From the NCBI GenBank assembly GCA_963674735.2, contig CAXXQS010000002.1:2176001-2240000 (forward strand): DNA of 64,000 nt, read 5' to 3'. Below the pieces are notes generated by a model. The model made no database searches. It saw nothing but the letters and a program-made list of their open reading frames with translations, and was not told the DNA's origin. This DNA comes from Myxococcota bacterium. Lineage in GTDB: Bacteria > Myxococcota_A > SURF-8. Positions within the stretch are counted from its first letter, which is position 1. Each line of letters opens with the position of its first letter. Below are positions 58,224 through 64,000 of this stretch, in pieces. Position numbers and translations under genes: made by a program.

Positions 58224-59291
58224 TTAGATGCACGCTCCATCCTGGCAGGTTTGTTCGTCATCCTCGCAATCTTTCCAGTCCGACCAGCCTTTGCCGTCGA
58301 AATTGCACTGCTGGACCGTATTGCCGGAGCAGCGACGCTCGGAAAAGGGGACACAGACGGTATCGGTGATGCAGGCGGCCTGAATGCAATCGGTGCCGAG
58401 GAAACTGCCACAAACACAGGTTTCACCGTCGCCGCAGTTTTCCGACAACACCCAGCCGGTTCCCTGGCTGTTGCATTGTTCCACGCGTTTCATTTCGTTG
58501 GTGCAGCGATAGCGGTTGGGGGTGCATTCCGACCCGCCTTCGCAGATGCCGTTAATGCAGGTTTGAGACGCGGCGCAGGGCATGAGCGTCCATTCGGTTC
58601 CAGCGGTGTTGCAGGTGGCCACGGCGTTGGTTCCCTGCGGGTCGCAGCGCTGCTGGCCATCCTGACAGATGATCTTGGGGCCGCAATAAGCATCGATGTC
58701 TTCTTGGACGCAGGTGCCATTGAGACAGGGGTCTTCGATGCGCCAGGCCGAACCGTCTTCTTCGCAGTGTTGAACTTGGTTGGTGTAACAGCGTTCGGTG
58801 CCGGGTTCACAGAGGGTGGACTCTTCTTCCGGTGCGTCCTGATCACCGTCGGGATCCTCGGCGCAGGCATTCTGTTCGCAGCCGAATTCGCAATCCTCGT
58901 AAAATCCCCAATCATAACGGTTATTTTGAAGCTGGCATTGCTCCAGGACGCTGCCCTGGCAGCGCCAGTCGCCGGAAATACAGTCTCCGACCGGCTCATC
59001 GCCGTCGGGTGCATCGCCATCGGTCGGGTCGTCGCCGTCAGTGGCGTATTCGGTGCACTGACCGGTCGTCTGGCCGGTTTGAATGTTGCAGTATTCACCC
59101 CCCAGGCAGTCGGTGTCGGCGCTGCATTCGAGTGTGGTGCAGACCTGATTCAGGCAGCGGCTTCCATACGGACAATCCGTGTTGAGGGTGCAGCTTTGTC
59201 CGTCGTTATCGGTGTCCGAGTCATCTCCGTTGCACCCGGGGGCGCAAACCAATACGGCGGCCAGGACCAGCAGCAATGTCCACGTACGCAT
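58224..59291 (-). CDS. Cys-rich lipoprotein with two 4-Cys and five 6-Cys/Trp modules and DGD linkers
   Basis: AAGGAGG/GAGG SD; lipobox APGC; DGDDPTDGDAPDGDE; repeats C-x4-RC-x7-C-x3-G-x2-W-x5-C-x4-C-x2-G-x-C. Confidence 0.85.
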   Translation of the reverse strand: MRTWTLLLVLAAVLVCAPGCNGDDSDTDNDGQSCTLNTDCPYGSRCLNQVCTTLECSADTDCLGGEYCNIQTGQTTGQCTEYATDGDDPTDGDAPDGDEPVGDCISGDWRCQGSVLEQCQLQNNRYDWGFYEDCEFGCEQNACAEDPDGDQDAPEEESTLCEPGTERCYTNQVQHCEEDGSAWRIEDPCLNGTCVQEDIDAYCGPKIICQDGQQRCDPQGTNAVATCNTAGTEWTLMPCAASQTCINGICEGGSECTPNRYRCTNEMKRVEQCNSQGTGWVLSENCGDGETCVCGSFLGTDCIQAACITDTVCVPFSERRCSGNTVQQCNFDGKGWSDWKDCEDDEQTCQDGACI

Positions 59292-59406
59292 CCTCTTATC
59301 CTCCTTGTCGCCGGTGCACGGCACTGACAGTCTCTCCAACGGTTCCGTGGCGGAATCGTCGATTATTTTACCTCGAACGTCGTATGAAAGGCAAGCCGAC
59401 TCGCGG

Positions 59407-60036
59407 CTATTTGGTTTTTAAGCTTTTTACCGCCTGTGCGATGTCTTCCGGGCGGTAGCCCACGATGGTGCGCCCGCCGACTTCCATAACCGGGACGACG
59501 GCGCTTCCGCCCGTGAGCTGCTGCAGCGCTCTCAGCCCGCGTGGATCTTTTTCCACATTGATATCGGCATAGGGAACGCCGAGTTTTTTGAGCAAGGCAT
59601 GCGTTTTCTGACACTTCGGGCAGCTGGGGATGTAGTACAGGATCACTCGGCGGGCGGTACTGATGTTCGGTGTGCGGGGCGGTTCCGGTTCTTTGGTATC
59701 GAAGTCGATCGAGCCGGGGTTGAACGTTTTGTTGTCCAGTACCGTGACTTCCGGGAGCATGACGTCGGAGGCGGAATCGCGGAATTTTTCCGGGATGGCG
59801 GCTTCGTCGTCCGTGTAATGAATGGTGCCCTTGTCATCCGCCCACTTGTAGAAGGGTTTCGGTGGTTTGGGCGGGGCTTCCGGTTTATCCGGGTTATCCG
59901 GGGCGCTGGGATTCTTGGTTGCCGATTTGACCGCAGCGTCGGAAGTTCCGGACATTGGCTTGTACACCCGATCATAGTAGAAGTAACCGGAGATACCAAG
60001 CACTGCGATGAAAAACAGCAGGCGATTGAAAGACAT
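59407..60036 (-). CDS. DUF4124-like domain fused to glutaredoxin-like domain
   Basis: N-terminal TM; FYKWADDKG.IHYTD...IP; CPKC, VP...VGGR.IVGY; GAGGTG SD. Confidence 0.85.
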   Translation of the reverse strand: MSFNRLLFFIAVLGISGYFYYDRVYKPMSGTSDAAVKSATKNPSAPDNPDKPEAPPKPPKPFYKWADDKGTIHYTDDEAAIPEKFRDSASDVMLPEVTVLDNKTFNPGSIDFDTKEPEPPRTPNISTARRVILYYIPSCPKCQKTHALLKKLGVPYADINVEKDPRGLRALQQLTGGSAVVPVMEVGGRTIVGYRPEDIAQAVKSLKTK

Positions 60037-60066
60037 GGGCCACCTCGGCTTGAAAAATGATGTCTC

Positions 60067-60095
60067 AAAATAGCACCGACGGCTCATGGGTGCAA
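60067..60095 (-). promoter_or_regulatory. Sigma70-type promoter of the glutaredoxin-fusion gene
   Basis: TTGCAC-N17-TATTTT on the minus strand. Confidence 0.5.
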
Positions 60096-60162
60096 GCTTA
60101 AGCTGTTCAACCCTAGGGCGGTTCAATTCTGATTGAGTCTCGAATCATCTTCGATGAATGAT

Positions 60163-60238
60163 GGGTGGCACGGGCTAAACCGTTAGGTTTGCCCGTGAAA
60201 ACAGCATGGGCAAGCCAAAGGCTTGGCCCATGGCACCC
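60163..60238. repeat. Inverted doublet of REP-like palindromes (REPIN/BIME-like)
   Basis: GGGTGG-CACGGGC(T)AAACC-GTTA-GGTTTGCCCGTG, 7-nt spacer, then inverted GGGTGC-CATGGGC(C)AAGCC-TTT-GGCTTGCCCATG. Confidence 0.8.
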
Positions 60239-60384
60239 CGTAAGCCGAATTAGAGTGGGTGGAAAACGGTGAAAAGCTTGGAAGTGAAACGCCGTGTGTT
60301 CAACCCTTTTCAACTCGGGCTTGCTTCTGTTAAGATGTCGTCTATTACGAATCATGATGGCCGGTTGGAAGGAGTTCGACTGAA

Positions 60385-61047
60385 ATGCCTCATCGCGCCG
60401 CGTTCTTCGATTTCGACAACACCTTGCTGGCGGGGGATTCCGCCAAAATGGGTATCCGCTTTCTCTGGGAGCAGGGACAAGTGCCGTTAAGCTACATTTT
60501 GCGCGTTATGCTGTTGAATCAGTTTTTCAAACGCGATCTCTATCCGGCCGAACGCATGGCGCGTTCATTGATCACCTACTATCGCGGTCGGCAACTGGCC
60601 GATTTCGAGGCCGGAGCGACCGAGTATTATCATGCTCACCTGAAGCCTCTGCTTGCTCCCGCGCTTCTCGAACGGGTGGAGGAGCATCGGCGGCGGGGCG
60701 ATAAGTTGGTGATTTTGTCCGCATCGGTGCGCTATTTGCTGACGCCGGTGGTGGAAGACCTGGGCTTCGATCACTTGCTGTGCACCGATTTGGAGGAGAA
60801 TGGTCAAGGGTTTCTTACGGGGCGAGCCAAAGGCTCTATTTGCATCGGCGAAGGCAAACGGCGGGCGGCCGAACGTCTGGCTATCGAGCAGGAACTCGAT
60901 CTGAGTCAGTCCACCGCCTATGGCGATCATCATTCCGATGAACCCATGCTGGCCATGGTGGGGCATCCCATTGCGGTTGAGCCGACGCCGCGCTTGCGCA
61001 TGATCGCCGAGGCGCGTGGCTGGTCTATCATGTCTCATGTCGAGTAA
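60385..61047 (+). CDS. HAD-superfamily hydrolase subfamily IB (SerB-like)
   Basis: AAFFDFDNTL, ILSAS, GEGK, AYGDHHSD.PML..VG.P.AV. Confidence 0.92.
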   Translation: MPHRAAFFDFDNTLLAGDSAKMGIRFLWEQGQVPLSYILRVMLLNQFFKRDLYPAERMARSLITYYRGRQLADFEAGATEYYHAHLKPLLAPALLERVEEHRRRGDKLVILSASVRYLLTPVVEDLGFDHLLCTDLEENGQGFLTGRAKGSICIGEGKRRAAERLAIEQELDLSQSTAYGDHHSDEPMLAMVGHPIAVEPTPRLRMIAEARGWSIMSHVE

Positions 61048-62283
61048 TTAGGCGCTTTTAATGCGATTGCGTCCGGTCCGTTTGGCTTTGTAAAGGGCTT
61101 TGTCGGCGGCTTTCAACACGTCTTTCGGGTGGCGGTTGTGCTCGTTGGGCTGAGCGACGCCGAAACTCATCGTCACGGATACCTTGCCGCGGGTTTTGCG
61201 TTCTTTTCCGCCTCGTTGACGCAGGGTAAGCTGGGTCTCGGCTATTTTTTGGCGGGCTTCCTCCAGCCGTTCGGCGGCCTCGCGTGCGGTTAGACCATTG
61301 CATACAATCGTGAATTCCTCACCGCCATAACGGTAGGCAATGCCGGGCGTATGGCGTTCAAGGATGCCTCCCACCATGCGCAGCACGTCGTCGCCGGTGT
61401 CATGGCCGTATTTGTCGTTGAAACGTTTGAAATGATCGACATCTCCCATCGCCAGGGAATAGGAACCCACCAGCTTGGCGAGCTTTTCTTCCAAGGCGCG
61501 GCGGCCCGGCAAGCCGGTCAACTCATCGCGATAGGCGCGTCCCCAGGAGAGTAGATAAACACACCACAACATAATGAGCCCGGCGGCACCGAAACCGCAC
61601 AGTAGGACAACCGGTGTCGAGGCCGAGAACCACAGGGTGTTTTTCGAGGCCACAGCCAACGTGACGATCGTCGCAACGGCGGCGAAACCAGGTGCAATCA
61701 CCGGGTATTCCGTTCCCTTCAAACGCATCATGACGAAGATCGTCGTTGGAAGCAGGACAAGTATCGGCCAAGGAGCGTCGAGGGCGTTCCAAGGCTGCAA
61801 CAGCCAGGGCCAGGTTGTCGTCAGGGAGGTGAGTCCCTTGGCCAGTGGAGCGCGCGCGAGCCAGACAGTCAGCAGGGGAACGCTCACCACGGCCAGGCGG
61901 ATGAGTCCGAAGCGGTTGAGTAAGCCACGTTCCCGCAGCAACAAGAGAAGCAGAATCTGGATGGGCGTTACCAACATGACAAGATGGCGCAGAGGTGTTT
62001 CCAGGTTTCCGATTTGGGGATGAATCAACATCAGGATGCCGCTGCCCATCAGGGCCAGCAGTACAAGGCGCACCTGATTGAAGAGCAGAGCGGCCGGAAT
62101 TGGCAGGAGTAACAATGCCGTGGCCAGCAAGGCCGAGGCGGGTAGAGGCCAGCCGGTCTGCACGCTTTTCAGCCAATTGGTCAATTCTGATCCGTAAATG
62201 GCCGCCACAACGGGAGCGGCGGAGGCAGCCAAAACAGGAATGGAAAGGTGAATCCATCGACGCACGGGCGATCTCCGTTGCAA
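61048..62283 (-). CDS. Membrane-bound diguanylate cyclase (GGDEF)
   Basis: Multi-TM N-terminus; DELTGL, DVDHFK.FND.YGH..GD, RYGGEEF, ADKALY.AK..GRN; start uncertain. Confidence 0.92.
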   Translation of the reverse strand: MQRRSPVRRWIHLSIPVLAASAAPVVAAIYGSELTNWLKSVQTGWPLPASALLATALLLLPIPAALLFNQVRLVLLALMGSGILMLIHPQIGNLETPLRHLVMLVTPIQILLLLLLRERGLLNRFGLIRLAVVSVPLLTVWLARAPLAKGLTSLTTTWPWLLQPWNALDAPWPILVLLPTTIFVMMRLKGTEYPVIAPGFAAVATIVTLAVASKNTLWFSASTPVVLLCGFGAAGLIMLWCVYLLSWGRAYRDELTGLPGRRALEEKLAKLVGSYSLAMGDVDHFKRFNDKYGHDTGDDVLRMVGGILERHTPGIAYRYGGEEFTIVCNGLTAREAAERLEEARQKIAETQLTLRQRGGKERKTRGKVSVTMSFGVAQPNEHNRHPKDVLKAADKALYKAKRTGRNRIKSA

Positions 62284-62591
62284 ATAGTTCCGTCATCATA
62301 CCTCCTTGGAAGTGAATCGCAAATTTTCGCGCGGGTAAATAAATAATTCGATCCAATCTCATCGCCATTTCATTCTGTAAAATCCATGAAGGTAGCGGCA
62401 TAAGTATTAGAAAATTCTATTGAATTACTCTCTAGCGAAAACGATGCGAAAGGATTTTTTTTACGATACTTCGACCCCGTTAGTAATAAATCATTGTAGG
62501 TGTGACGTATTCTGACACACTGTTCTAGTTTACTGAATCAGAAGGAACCTTGTCCTGTTTTTGACTCATTACACGTCGAAAAGGAAAAAGC

Positions 62592-64000
62592 ATGTTATTG
62601 GTGCTTTCGGACCTTCATTTCGAAGAAGAGCGTAGCGATTTTATCGGCGCTTATGGGTCGGCCCCTCCCCTGACTTTTTCACGGAATCTTGACGCGACTT
62701 TTTATCAACGCTGTATTGCGCTGTTGGCTCGCGATATCCGACGGGCGAAATCCCAAAAGCTCAAAATCGTATTGGCGGGTGATATTTTCGATCTGCATCG
62801 CAGTTCCCTGTGGTTTTCCCGGCGCGGAGTCGATAGCCGTCCGTATGTCGATAATCGAGATGTTCGTCGCCATGCCGATTTGGAACGTTTGATCCTTGCT
62901 CTTTTATCTCGTATCGGGCAGGAGCGCGAAGTCCGTAAAACCCTCGGTATCCTGAATCTGCTTTTAGAGGGGAAATATCGAGTGCGCCCCGGCGGAACGG
63001 TGCAGGATTTCCCCGCTCAGGTGCAGCTCGAATACATTCCCGGCAATCATGATCGTTTGGCGAACGCCACCCCGTTGATTCGAAAACGGGTGCGTGAGTT
63101 GCTCGGATTGCCTCTGAGCGATGAACCGTTTCCCTGTTCGATCTGGGATGAGGAGCATCGGGTTCGGATTCGTCACGGTCACGAATACGATCGTCACAAC
63201 TTCTGCGAAAACCTGATGGACATTGAACACTGGGATGACATCCCGGCGACAACCTACGGCAAGCCGTGCATCGGAGATTTTATCACAGTGGACATTGCGG
63301 CGCGTCTGCCGTTTTTGTTTCGACGGTTGCATGGCGATGCAACCATCGTCACCGATCCGATTCTACGGACGGTTTATACGCGCTTGTTGGAATTCGATGA
63401 TCTGCGGCCGCAGTCGGCGATCCTCGACTTTCTTTTAACCATCCCCGGAATGGAAGAGGGGACTGTTTGGAAGGTTATCGAGCCGGTATTGCGGCAGATC
63501 TTCGATGATATTCATGCCAATCCTTTCCTGCGCGAATGCCTGGATGATCTGGATAAAAAATGGCGTTTGGATACGATTGATGCCGTACAACTTTTCCTGG
63601 ACACGCGCCCTTGGCACAATGGCATTCTGCTGAACTTGGCCAAATCCATGGCCAGTAAACTGCGTAACATCGACTTCGATAACGGAGGTCCGGCGGAGTA
63701 CGCTCTGCATGAACCGACGGTGCGCTCGGGTCGGGCACGGATGGTGATCGCCGGGCACACCCACACCCCTTCCGTCGACCTCTTGAAGATCGACGAGCGG
63801 GGTCAGCAATACTACCTCGATACCGGAACCTGGCGGCGGCGGATCGTCAGTTCACCCGATCGCAAGGCCTTTGGTTCGATCAAGTCTTTGACATCCTTGA
63901 CGGTTTTTAGCCCAAGTGAGTTTTCCGATGGCGCGGCGACCTCGGCACGGGCTTTTTCTGTTTGGAACGGAATTACCCGGCGCTGGGACGATGTTTTGGA
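62592..64000 (+). CDS. Calcineurin-like metallophosphoesterase (3' end runs out of the window; absent from the ORF track)
   Basis: Manual translation: MLLVLSDLHF, LAGDIFDLHR, YIPGNHD, HGHEYD, AGHTH, YLDTGTWR; AAGGA SD. Confidence 0.88.
   Translation, partial: MLLVLSDLHFEEERSDFIGAYGSAPPLTFSRNLDATFYQRCIALLARDIRRAKSQKLKIVLAGDIFDLHRSSLWFSRRGVDSRPYVDNRDVRRHADLERLILALLSRIGQEREVRKTLGILNLLLEGKYRVRPGGTVQDFPAQVQLEYIPGNHDRLANATPLIRKRVRELLGLPLSDEPFPCSIWDEEHRVRIRHGHEYDRHNFCENLMDIEHWDDIPATTYGKPCIGDFITVDIAARLPFLFRRLHGDATIVTDPILRTVYTRLLEFDDLRPQSAILDFLLTIPGMEEGTVWKVIEPVLRQIFDDIHANPFLRECLDDLDKKWRLDTIDAVQLFLDTRPWHNGILLNLAKSMASKLRNIDFDNGGPAEYALHEPTVRSGRARMVIAGHTHTPSVDLLKIDERGQQYYLDTGTWRRRIVSSPDRKAFGSIKSLTSLTVFSPSEFSDGAATSARAFSVWNGITRRWDDVL

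Noticed and set aside
60163-60238. c-di-GMP-I riboswitch (GGGCAAACC on the minus strand) or sigma54 promoter (TGGCAC-N7-GC at 60231)
   Set aside because: The GNRA loop and downstream GCAAAGC elements are missing; both motifs are explained by the REP-like palindromes

Overview
Gene-dense, GC-rich bacterial chromosomal window, most consistent with a Myxococcota/deltaproteobacterial lineage (MYXO-CTERM-like sorting tail, Cys-rich lipoproteins, sphingosine-1-phosphate lyase). It is mostly housekeeping: ccsA(3' end)-engB-surA-like-rimI-pyrK-pyrD; rsmD-coaD-aspC-...-trkA-trkH; trxB, uvrD/pcrA, rhaDBA+rhaM, suhB, gspD, nfo and mlaE. Interspersed is a set of exported acidic, Cys-rich proteins sharing 'DGD' linkers and reusable disulfide modules, led by a ~2,880-aa lipoprotein with 6 Ig-like domains, ~31 eight-Cys/two-His repeats and a Gly-rich tip. 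Other notable items are an orphan N6-adenine methyltransferase split by one extra base, a REP-like inverted hairpin doublet with compensatory substitutions, a GGDEF gene whose strongest SD precedes an out-of-frame ATG, and an AT-richer PAS kinase/HD-GYP pair. I saw no CRISPR array, rRNA, tRNA, transposase or integrase. Family names come from motif recognition by eye; no database search was run.
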